From Paragordius varius (lineage: Eukaryota; Animalia; Nematomorpha), in the NCBI GenBank assembly GCA_964247055.1, contig OZ176051.1:1178001-1242000 (forward strand): 64,000 bases of DNA. Direction: 5' to 3'. Below the pieces are notes generated by a model. That model did no database searches. It had not been told where the DNA came from and saw nothing but the letters and a program-made list of their open reading frames with translations. Each line of letters opens with the position of its first letter. Position 1 is the first letter of the stretch. Shown here piece by piece: positions 1-10,606 of the stretch. Made by a program: the position numbers and the translations under genes.

Positions 1-1716
1 TACAGTTTATAACCCTAAGGGAATTAATAAAAGCGATGAAAATTTTTAAAAACCACACTGATGTTTATAGTTAAACAAAATAGAGAAAAATGTTTTAATA
101 GTAATTTACATTCTTAATAAATCACCTAAATATTGAGGAATATGTTTAAGATGTAAAACCGCTTGTCCTTTAATCAATCCACTTTTGCCTTTTGAGGATT
201 TATGTTTCAAAAGGGATTTATTGATTTCTTTTCCTGGAAAAAATTCCTTCTTCAGTCGTTCATTATTCAATATTTCTGCTTTAATTTCGTTTATTCGGGT
301 TTCTTTGATCAGAATACGTGTTATTGATTTATAAACGTCATCACAACGATAACTAAAATATTATTTATTATGAAAATACCTAAATAGATGCATCTGTTCT
401 TTGGGCCAAAGAAATTCTTTTATAACGTGAAAATTATTGACAGATTTGCGCCCAGGATTAAAATGCATTTCACATTTATCTAAACAAACAGTTTCTTCGG
501 GTTTAACAAATGATATGGCGTTTCCGTGATTGAATGCACGGGCAGTCCTACCCACTCGATGGATATAAGAACGTTTTGTGACAGGGAAATCAAAATTAAC
601 AACATTGCAAATCTTTTGAAAATCTAAACCTCGACTGGCATGAAACTCGTCTGACTTCGCACTTTTCATGAAACTATCGTCTGCTGCTATCACGTAATCA
701 AACAGGCCCTGATTAAATTGGGTTAAAACATTAACTCTCGATAAAAGGGGCATTTCCCAATTTAGCAAGCAGCAATTGATGCCAAACAATTCCAAAAAAA
801 GTTTTAATCTATATTGATAATATTATTTTACTTGTAGCACTTTTCAATGTTGTTAACGTAAAATAGCGTTTTGCCTTTCAACAAACCAAGTTTTAACAAT
901 ATATAAGCTATTGTAAATTTTTCCTGATCGTTTTCCACTCTATAAACTTGTACATAATATAACATACTTGATAAGATATTGATTCAATTGAGGAATTGAG
1001 GTATCTAATTTATTTTGTATTAACAACTAAAGTAAAAAAATAACTTACGGGGTTATTAATCGTGTTTTGGAGAATTTTGATATTTTTATTTATCGTTGCC
1101 GATAATAAAATTAATTGAGAATTGACGAAGCGTCTAAAATTAACCAATGAATAAACTTTAAAATCAAGAATATATCTTTTTTATATCCGAACGAAAACAA
1201 TAAATCAGCCTCATCAAAAACCACGATATCAAAATGGACATCAAATGGCTTTTTAGCAATATGAGGGGGAGTGGAGATTATTATATTGGCCATTACATTA
1301 TTATTATTGTGGTCAAAAATTTCGCAAGTAATATCATTACAATAATTAAGTAATTTCTCTGTTTAAAATAATTATTAATACCTTTATAATTTGATATATT
1401 TGAATTGATAAGTCCGAAGATGGTACGATAATTAAGGCTTTATACTATTAATATATAATATAGATTTACATTTTTATTTTCAATAATGTTTTGGATTATA
1501 GGTAATATAAAGGCTCCAGTTTTCCCAGAACCGGTTGCTGCTTTAATAATCAAATTCTTCCCTACACTAATTTTATTTATGGCATTTTTCTGAATTTCTG
1601 TGGGTTTTCTCCAACCAAGTTTCGATATACCCTATCACATATACACATATAGATATAACTTTTAATAAGGAATCGTTAAATCCGAATTCACAAAAATTAC
1701 TGGGGTTACAATTCAT
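1..1716 (-). CDS. DDX56: DEAD-box RNA helicase DDX56/DBP9 (60S biogenesis). Exons 1716-1660, 1631-1470, 1444-1382, 1356-1157, 1133-1049, 1026-968, 939-832, 808-380, 352-126; 3' end uncertain or outside the window
   Basis: Spliced translation gives LLKGISKLGWRKPTEIQ, AATGSGKT, VVFDEADLLFSFG, LLSAT, KFTIAYILLKLGLLKGKTLFYVN, YIHRVGRTARA and SYRCDDVYKSIT, matching DDX56 subfamily motifs. Frame is preserved across GT-AG introns of 28, 25, 25, 23, 22, 28, 23 and 27 nt. Confidence 0.93.
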
Positions 1717-1978
1717 AGCGTGAGCCGGGCGATAATTTATTCATACATATGCGTAAAAACATTTATTACTACATATCCTAAAATCCCAATTGCGCACATT
1801 CTGCTCCAAATAAACTTTTATAAACCTTCTGTAACACAATTCCCTCAATTTTATCATTAATTAAAATAAGAGGTGTGAGCTTTGAATAACGTTTAGGGAA
1901 AACGGATAAGCCAATTCTGATTCCCAAGTCAAATTTAATCATTTATAAATACGCCCAAAGTGATTTAGCCTTTTTTAA

Positions 1979-3097
1979 CACTTGGATACAACACACTCAT
2001 TTCATTTCTTCGATGCAAATTTAGGTAGTTGGATACCTCAGGCTTGTTTTAAATCAAATTCAAAAAGTATGGAAGGAATAAAAACCATGGCAAAATGTTG
2101 CGCTTATATATCATTACAAAACCGATATATATAAAAAATATTATCCAAAAATACTTGATATTACTTATTTTAAGCTAAAACCGTAAAATAAAAATTTCGT
2201 CAACGTGTGAAATGGTAAAATTAAAAAATAATACAAAATAAACCGCTTTTTCTATTTCAATGTTAGATGTAATTTAAATAAATAATCAGCTTTAATTTTA
2301 CCCTTAAAATTAAATGAATACGATATATTGCAAAAATTTTGTAAAATAAAAACGGCGTCTAAGTAGTTTCACATGAAACTTTTTTTTAACATTTCGATTC
2401 AAATTGGGGTATCTAAATACCCCGGATTTTTATAAAACTACTGAAGGAAACGGTCCCAATTTAAATTTATGCTTCTATCCTGATAAATATAATATAAATA
2501 TGCCAAAATATCTTGATAAAATTTTGTTTTGAAAAAAAAAGTTCCATCTCAAACTACTTCGACGCCATTTTTATTTTACAAAATTTTTGCAAATATCGTC
2601 TTCATTTAAGTTTAAGGGTAAAACTAAAGCTAGTTTTTTATATAAATTACATCTAACATTGATAGAAATAGAAAAAGCGGTTTATTTTGTATTATATTTT
2701 AATTTTAAAATTTGACACATGTCACGTTGACGAAATTTTTACCTTTCGGTTTTAGCTCAAAATAAGTAATATCAAGTATTTTTGAATAAAAATTTTTATA
2801 TTATTCGGTTTATTAATGTTATATAATTGCAAAATTTTGCCATGGTTTAGATTCCTTCCATACTTTTATAAGTATTTGATTTTAAACAGGCCTGGGGTAT
2901 CCAACTACCCCAATTTGAATCGAAGGGCTAAAATGAGTGTATTGTATCCAAGTGTTAAACATTTTATTTAGATATTTTGGCATATTTATATAATTTTTAT
3001 TAAGATAGAAGCATAAATTTAAATTAAGACAGTTTCCTTCTTAATAATCAATTTATATTTACTGGGGTATTTAAATACCCCATTTTGAATTAAAATG
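1979..3097 (-). mobile_element. TTAA-flanked piggyBac-like MITE (outer copy, interrupted by a second copy)
   Basis: Ends TTAA|CACTTGGATAC (1975-) and ...AAAATG|TTAA (-3101). Removing 2390-2958 restores a continuous reverse-complement homolog of the inner copy and of 22579-23079. Confidence 0.8.
2390..2954 (+). mobile_element. TTAA-flanked piggyBac-like MITE (inner copy, 565 bp)
   Basis: TTAA duplicated at 2386-2389 and 2955-2958. Termini CATTTCGAT... and ...GTATCCAAGTG. Subterminal palindromes GGGGTAT-N4-ATACCCC and GGGGTA-N6-TACCCC. Confidence 0.82.
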
Positions 3098-3109
3098 TTA
3101 AATTAGTCA

Positions 3110-3300
3110 GTTAAGCCCCACCCCGTGTAAAATTTTTTTGAAAAAATGGAAGTCTTCAAAAATTTAAGTTTGAAAGTTTCCAGAAAACCTGTGGGCTCAT
3201 TCAGTTTCAATAGTGTGCTTTTTATAATGTTTTACGAATGAGCCTAGGGTAACCAATGCCTTTTTAGAATTAGCCCCTTGTCAAGCCCCACTTAAAAAAA
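3110..3300 (+). repeat. Diverged fragment related to the 5' module of the Helitron family
   Basis: CCCCACCCCGTGTAAAA...TTTTGAAAAAA...AAGTC...CATTCAGTTTCAATA aligns by eye with the CCCACCCCGTGTAAAAAACG...CATTCAATTTCAAATA segment of the Helitron copies. Confidence 0.5.
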
Positions 3301-3869
3301 ATGAGTTTTATTACGTCCAAAATCATGGGCATCAAAAATAACCTGATGAATTAAATATATTCTGATAGAAAAAAGCATCAGAATTATCATAGTGGTTTGG
3401 GTTGGCCTCAACGAGTGTTATAAAAAGTTATTTACACCAAGTGCGTAATATAAAATGGTTTGAGCACATTTCTTTAAATATTTTTTTGGTGAAAGTTAAA
3501 TGCTTCATTCCAAAAATTACCACTAATCTGTATCATAAACTACCTATAAGCAAAACAATTTTTTTAAATAATCTTAATTTATGGATGTGCTGAAATTCCC
3601 AAATTTTTTTGCTTTTAAATGGGCTAGTTCTTTTAAAAATAAACGCAAAAATGACGTCTTATGAAACTATATTAAAATAATTTTTTGTAATTTGCCAGCT
3701 AAATTTACTCTTACAATCTTAACATTCATATTCAGGAAGAAAACTTTTATATAAAAATAAAAAATTATTGTTTTTTTATATTGTTGTCATGGTTAAAGTG
3801 TGTATATGAATACTGTTTTCTTCAGACTTAAATGCGCTGGAATGAAATCAAACAAAATAAGATATAAAA

Positions 3870-3975
3870 GTAGTGGAATTTTAACCAAAAATCCGTACAA
3901 ATCCCTTTAACTGGGTTGTTTTAACATAAATTATTTTCTGGGATCTGTACGGATTTTTGGTTGGTATTTCACTAC
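3870..3975. repeat. 106-bp inverted repeat/hairpin (mini-MITE or hairpin RNA)
   Basis: GTAGTGGAATTTTAACCAAAAATCCGTACAAATCCC pairs with GGGATCTGTACGGATTTTTGGTTGGTATTTCACTAC. Confidence 0.6.
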
Positions 3976-4080
3976 ATGTATTTGTATTAATTTACATACT
4001 TAATAATTCTGCTCATGTAAGAATTCAAACCAGATGACAAAAAAATGATAAATTAAAAAATAAATTTTAGTGATATATAA

Positions 4081-6806
4081 CAGGGGTGGCCAACGAGGTG
4101 ACCGCGGTCACTTTCGTGACCGCGACAACTCAAAAAGTGACCGCCTGAAAATATTTTTTTTAAAAAAATTTTATTGATTTTTTTCGGATAGTTGGCTACT
4201 TCTGAGCGAATTTAAATTTAAAATACAAAAAAATACGGTTTAAATTAAAAAAAACGTCTAAGAAAAGGGTGTAAAAAAATTATTTTATTAATTATAATTC
4301 ATATGTTTTGGAGCATTTGCATTAAAACTTAAAATCAGTCATTTCCCTTGAATATATCAAAACTTTGAGCAAAGCTTATTCATAAATCAGAAGCATAATC
4401 GTGAAGTTAGATTTGATTTGATACACCAAAAGTAGGTTTTTAAAACTTATATTTTAGAATGAGCCAAAAAAAGTTGTACAGATACAAGAAAGATTGGGAG
4501 CATGAATACTTTTTTATTATGATAAATGAAACATGCACCTGTCTAATATGCAATAGTACTGTTGCTTTGCCCAAAAAGTCAAATATTGAAAGACATTATA
4601 GATCTCTGCATCCACATTACTCCAAAAACTACCTCTTACAAACTCAAGAACGCAACATTAAAGTAAAATTAAAAGAACAATTATCCGCCTCACAAAATAG
4701 CATACTTAAATACAACAAAGACTATAAAAATGCTACGATTGCTTCATTCAAGGTAGCGGAAATACTCATTCGGAACAATAAGCCATTCCAAGATGGTGAA
4801 ATATTTAAAGAAGCCTTTATTAGCGCTTGTGATATTTTATTTGAAAATTTTGATAACAAAAATAATATTATGACAGCTATTAAAAGCATAAGCTTATCGA
4901 GAAATACCGTTATGCGCAGGGCTGAAAATATTAGTAATAATCTTGATGAAATTTTACATGAAAATATTAATAACTGTATTTTTTTTCCTTGCAACTCGAT
5001 GAGTCTACCGATTATGTTGGAATCGCCCAATTATGCATTTTTATTCGTATGATATTTAGTGATTTATCTGCAAAGGAGGAATTATTAACTATAATACCTC
5101 TCCACGAACGAACCAGAGGGCAGGATATTTTTGATTCTTTTTATAAATTTATCACAGATACGAAACTTCCCATCGTAAAACTCGCATCTATAACTACTGA
5201 TGGAGCTCCAGCTATGATTGGCGTTAACAACGGCTTTATCGCTTTATGTAAAAATCACAGTGCATTTCCCAAGTTCATTGATTACCATTGTATAATCCAT
5301 AATCAAGTTTTATGTTCAAAAGTTTAAAAATACCATCATGCAATGAACCCCTGTTTTAAAATTGTTAACGCCATTCGAACAAAAAGCTTGTCCCGCCGCC
5401 AATTTCGAATTTTGTTAAATGAGTGCGGCGTGGAATATGGAGAACTTTTATTACATACTGATGTAAGGTGGTTGAGTCGTGCCGCATTTTTAATTAGATT
5501 TAGGCAACTTTTACCACAAATAGAAATTTTTTTAGAGAAATTCTAAATTTTCATACCCTGAATTGAAAGATCAAGATTGGCTGCTTGATCTTGCATTTTT
5601 ATGCGATATCACGAAAAAATTGCATAAATTAAACATCCGATTACAAGGAAAAGATAAAACAATAATGGATATGATGGGTGCTTTAAAATCTTTTAAGGAA
5701 ACACTAACAGTAGTAGAAACACAATTAAAAAACCGAGATTTAAAACATTTTTTTAATCTGGCAGCGGTGTCTGAAAAAATAGAGAATCTCTCTTTTGAAA
5801 AATATGCAGATGATATTGGTCTGCTTATTAATGATTTTGAAAAACGATTTTCATCTATAAATAAACTTGAAGACATCGCTATTTTTTTATCATGCCCATT
5901 TAATAATAATAATAATGTTGAATATATTGCTCAAAAACTCAGCCACTTTCTTGGTGTACCAAATTTAGCAGAGTTGGAAGAGGAAATGTTAAATGCGAAA
6001 TCCATCTAAAATCATTAGGATCAGATATTATATATAAATTTATAAATAAAGATAAATACCCCATTTGGAAAACCGCTGCATTATTCAATTCTTTTTTTGG
6101 ATCCACATATTTATGTGAATCGGCTTTTTCAATTATGAATGCTATCAAAACTAAACAGAGGTCACAATTAACTAATAAACATTTAGAATCATGTTTGAGA
6201 ATTGCTTTGACTTCATTTGAACCTAATTTAGATAAACTTTCTGATTTTTTTCGCAGTCGGGCGTTTTAAATATTTTTTTCTTTATTAAATATGGATGTTT
6301 ATCGAGTTGTATTTTCGCTTAGGAAAAAGCCGATTTACTAAAAAATATGTGGATAGAATTAAAACTGATACAATTTTAATGTACTCTTATTTATGTTCAA
6401 ATTATGGTTCTAAATTGGAATGCTATTTTTTATTTCTTTTATTTTTTGTATCATAATGTATTCTCCCCTGTAATTTCAAATGCATTGTTTAAATTTTTAT
6501 ATTGTAAAATTTCATATAATAGAAATTTAATAAATAAATATTTTGAAGTGTTTTATGTTGGTTAAAAAATTAAGGTAGTTAATAACCCGTTGTCTTTTAA
6601 TTAAAATTATTTTTGTATTTGGTTGATAGATAAAAAAATTACAATTTTAAAATGGTTTAAACAAGTCACTCTAATAAGCAGGTATATACATCATTTAAAG
6701 TGTTGATTGAGTTTTTTTGATAAATATTTCTGGGTGACCGCGAACTCTTTTTTTAACAAAAAAGCCAAAAAAAAAGCTCGCGACAAAAAAAGTGTGGCCA
6801 CCCCTG
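4081..6806 (+). mobile_element. Full-length hAT DNA transposon (Buster/SPIN/GTF2IRD2-like), 2726 bp
   Basis: TIR CAGGGGTGGCCA / TGGCCACCCCTG. Perfect 8-bp TSD ATATATAA (4073-4080, 6807-6814). Subterminal GTGACCGC repeats. Internal transposase. Confidence 0.95.
4459..6269 (+). pseudogene. hAT transposase, frameshifted as assembled
   Basis: Zn-finger start (WEHEYFF..CLICNSTVALPKKSNIERHY), QLDESTD, SITTDGAPAMIG, YHCIIHNQVLC, LHTDVRWLSR, DLAFLCDIT..LNIRLQG and dimerisation motif FFGSTYLCESAFS. Frame breaks near 4985, 5325, 5545 and 6000-6045. Confidence 0.92.
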
Positions 6807-7423
6807 ATATATAAATTAATAACAAAAAATATGAATTTTAAAATTTTAATAGTAAGTTTGTAAATTAAAAAAATTATTTTAATATAGTTTCATAAAAAAA
6901 TTTTGTCTTTAAGTAAGTTAAAGGAAAAACCCGACTTTTATTCTGAGTTTTTATAAACCCTAACTGTATGATTTTAAACTATTTATAAATTATAAATATC
7001 TGTTAAAATAACAAACCATAATATCTCAAGTTTTATCATTATTTTTTAATTATCTTCCATTTTCACTTTTGGCCCAATTTTGATTTTTTCTTAATATCCA
7101 AAAACTAGGTCGTCTACAAATAAAATTTTTTGCGGCAAATGAATTCGCTGGTCAAAAGCTCTCTCATGAAAAAAAAATTTGTAGGATTTTTTTGTACACA
7201 GTGAAACATTCCAATCATATCAAACTTGATAAAAGGGTTATTGTTTAAATATTGGTTACTTTTTGTAAAATGACATTTATATTTAATTTAAACTTAAAGA
7301 CAAACAATTTGACAATTTTGAGGTGAGATAAATGCTCAGCATCATCCAATTATATAAAAGCGTTTTTATACCGTTATCACCAGGCTGCGCCCCAACAATT
7401 TTGTTTAAATTAAAATTTTTAAG

Positions 7424-7713
7424 CAGGAGTTTCCAACGTACCGCGAAAAATATGGAAAATTATTAAATGAATACAAATAATTATCAGGCTCAACTTAGAA
7501 AACTTGATATTACTTTTTCAAATTTTCTAAATAAGTTTTGTGAATTGGCAACAGACTAGCAAAATTGGTGACATAAATAGAATATATTTTTTGCCATTTA
7601 TACACAATGTTCAAAATCTACTATATTTATTAATGCATTTTTATCAATTCGGCCCGTCGAATTTTTTGAGTCAGATATACGGCTCGTTAAGCCATTTGAG
7701 TTGGAGACCCCTG
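7424..7713. mobile_element. hAT-type MITE (~290 bp)
   Basis: Ends CAGGAGTTTCCAAC / GTTGGAGACCCCTG. Flanks TTTTTAAG / TTTTAAAC are a 6/8 match, consistent with a decayed 8-bp TSD. Confidence 0.55.
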
Positions 7714-7739
7714 TTTTAAACCAAAATACGCTTTAAATT

Positions 7740-8212
7740 TTCTTTTTAGATGTCATAATCTAGCATATATTAAATTGTTTTTTTTCGCGCACTCTCGGCA
7801 TTTTTGCGTGTTTTTTGGTAAACTAGCCCATTTTAGAGGGTCCAAAAATTTGGTTTTGATGCTATGTTTAAAATTTTAAATTTAATATAAATTTTTTGAT
7901 TTATATAGTTTTGGATATCTTAATTTTATTTTTTGAAACAAAATATCTAGCTCTTATTAAAATAATTATATTTAGCAGGGTATGCAATTTTCAGATTTTT
8001 CGAGATGGAGCAAATACCAGAAAAGTATATTACTTTCTTGAACTCGTAAGCCCCAAACTTAAAAGCACTATGAATACTTATACATTTTTTAAGATAAATT
8101 TAATCAGGATATTATTTTGAGTGCACTGTGTATTCCACTATAAATAAAAATTCTTATCCGAAATCTAGGAGTTTTTTTTGAATTTATTTTTTAAAAACCA
8201 GCCATTTTAGAG
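7740..8212. repeat. Old dispersed repeat family R1 (other pieces at ~3560-3700, 10290-10470, 30250-30420, 30800-30960, 31380-31690)
   Basis: Shared motif GCGC(A/C)CTCTCGGCATTTTTGC...TAGCCCATTTTAGAG and TTTTTAGATGTG recurs in both orientations. Boundaries are approximate. Confidence 0.5.
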
Positions 8213-10289
8213 TAAAGTGACCAGATAGGCTGTTTTTCGCAGTACAGTACTGTGTTTTCGAAAAAAAACCGCGCCACTGCCCTGACTTTTGTACTGCTTT
8301 TTGAAATAATTTTTTTTATAAATTAATTACCATTTATTTATACAAGTTTTGTTTGTAGAATTCGATAGAGTACCCTTAGTTAAAATAAATAAATGGTTTT
8401 TTTTAACTGTAAAATACTATGGCCTTTAATTTTAATATTTCATTATCTGCTCTAATTATACTTGGGTTTTGGACCGGTCAAATCGCTTATGAATGCAGCC
8501 ATTCGCGAAGTGGCGGAACTATCAATATCAGACTCCAGATTTAGGCCAACCTTTTACTCAGGGCTTCCGCAAAAGCGACCTCAAAAATAAACAAAAAATA
8601 AATTAATATTTCAGTAATTTTATCTTTTGAAAATTCATCTTGTTTCATATAAGTTTCAGCTAAATTAAATTTATTTGAGTTTCTTTAATTATAATTATCA
8701 AACGGAGAATTTTTTTATTTCCGCAACATATTATTTTTATAATTCATTATATTTGGTTTCGATTTTTTTTTTCTAAGAATTAAACAACTTTTTTATGTTT
8801 TGGGTGGGAGGGTTCCTTAATTTTTTGCTTCCTTAAACTTTAATTTTAGCCAGTTTTCTTTTTATTCTTTTGTGCATAAACATATTTATAGACCTATTTA
8901 AATTTTGGCACACACACACATAATAATTTTTTTATTAATTCCATTTTAATTTTCTTTTCCGTGCCTTTTCCTATTAACAAAATATGGACTACGGAAAAAA
9001 CAACTCACAATATATACTTTGAAAGCAAAATAGTCAAAAATACAGAAGAAATCGTGAAGCTTTTTTAGATAAAATTTCGCAAAACCATAAATTATTGGTG
9101 GGACAAATACATAAATCTGAAAAATATATATAATTTATTATTTTTAAATATTATTACTATTATAAAAAAATAATTATTTATTAATAATTATGTCACGTCA
9201 TATACCATTTATTGGGTAGGCTCAGAACTATTTGAATTATTTTTGACCTTAACACTGTAGCAAAGTCGGCATTTGAATAATTTTCTATCTAATCACCTAT
9301 CTTTTTTTCATCAACGCACAGTTTTACCTGCTGTCAAATAGTAATTTTTTCTAAAAAGCTATGGAACAGAACTTTTATAAGATCGTGTGTGAATTATTTT
9401 ATCTGCACGGCAACATCTTATAAAAAACAGATATATTGTTTCCCTCTATTTTTATTATCATATATTGGTAATTATATTGTTTTTGACAATTAGCATTTTT
9501 TAAAACAAACATACCATTATAATCTATATATTTATAAAAATGGAAAGTAGTGGCTTTGATCTATTTCCTGGAACCGGTAGATCCATTCAAATCCAATTGT
9601 CGAAAAAATATAATCATTAATGAATGCCCCGACAATAGCTTCGACCTTTTTTTGAATTAGGCCCCCAGTTCGGGCCTACCCCGTGTAAAAAACGTTTTTT
9701 TTAAAAAACAGAAGTCCACAAAAATCGTGTCTTTGAGAGAATTTTCTGGAAAACGTGTTGGACTATTCAATTCCAAATATGATTTTTGTTTACTTATTTT
9801 CTATTGCGCCGAACATAATCCGCTCGCTTTTTTAATTAAGGCCCTCTTTTTACCCGCTCCTCCCGTAAAATGCCATTTTTCCAAAAAAATTCAAAAGTAA
9901 TTGTTTGAATCTATTTTTCGCCCAAGTAAACAATATATTAGTATGAATGCACCGTTTTGAAATTCCTATGAGATCATAGCTAATAAATAATGTTTCGAAA
10001 TAATCCACATATGTGGATCATTTAATTGTCCCTTTTTTCAAATAGTTCCAGCAGTCCGAAGGTTCTCGGGCTGCGGAGCAGCACGAGATTTACGCTAGTA
10101 TTATTATATATCCATATATATAACATATGATATAATTATATGTAAATACATTTATATTAAATTTTTAATAAATTTATTGTTGTTGTTTTTTATTGTTACT
10201 AATGAGCTTATAAATAGTAACGGACAAAACCATTTAATATAAAACGCCAAAAATTCTGTTAAAAAATAGGCAAATATCTGGTCACATTA
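8213..10289. mobile_element. Non-autonomous hAT (Tip100/Zaphod-like TIR) containing a Helitron
   Basis: TIR TAAAGTGACCAGAT / ATCTGGTCACATTA. Perfect 8-bp TSD TTTTAGAG (8205-8212, 10290-10297). No transposase ORF recognised. Confidence 0.85.
9523..10098 (+). mobile_element. Non-autonomous Helitron copy H1 (576 bp, minimal form)
   Basis: A|TCTATATATTTATAAAAATGGAAA start. GCTGC-GGA-GCAGC hairpin followed by ACGAGATTTACGCTAG|T end. No TSD. Confidence 0.9.
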
Positions 10290-10542
10290 TTTTAGAGGGG
10301 TACAAAAACTTAAGATATTAGAGCCCATATATAACAATAAAATTTATAAAGTTTTGTACTTTTTAAATAGAGTGTGAGATGTGTTTTGATGATGCATTTA
10401 GCTTTCACCAAAATATATTATTTATCATAATATGAGTAAGTTATACGATTTTTAGATGTGGAACCACCGTGGTATTAACTTTCTCAATAGATAGGCGTAA
10501 ATCCAAAAGCTCCTTGAGAATCCTGATACATTTATCTATCAG

Positions 10543-10544
<2 letters not shown>

Positions 10545-10605
<61 letters not shown>
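10545..10605. repeat. (TA)n microsatellite abutting the Helitron H2 3' end
   Basis: About 60 bp of near-perfect TA repeat directly before CTAG. Confidence 0.95.

Positions 10606-10606
<1 letters not shown>

Noticed and set aside
7197-8132. TA|CACAGTG ... CACTGTG|TA as Tc1-like termini
   Set aside because: The match ends after 9 bp with no further TIR similarity. Could be decayed R1 ends but cannot be supported.
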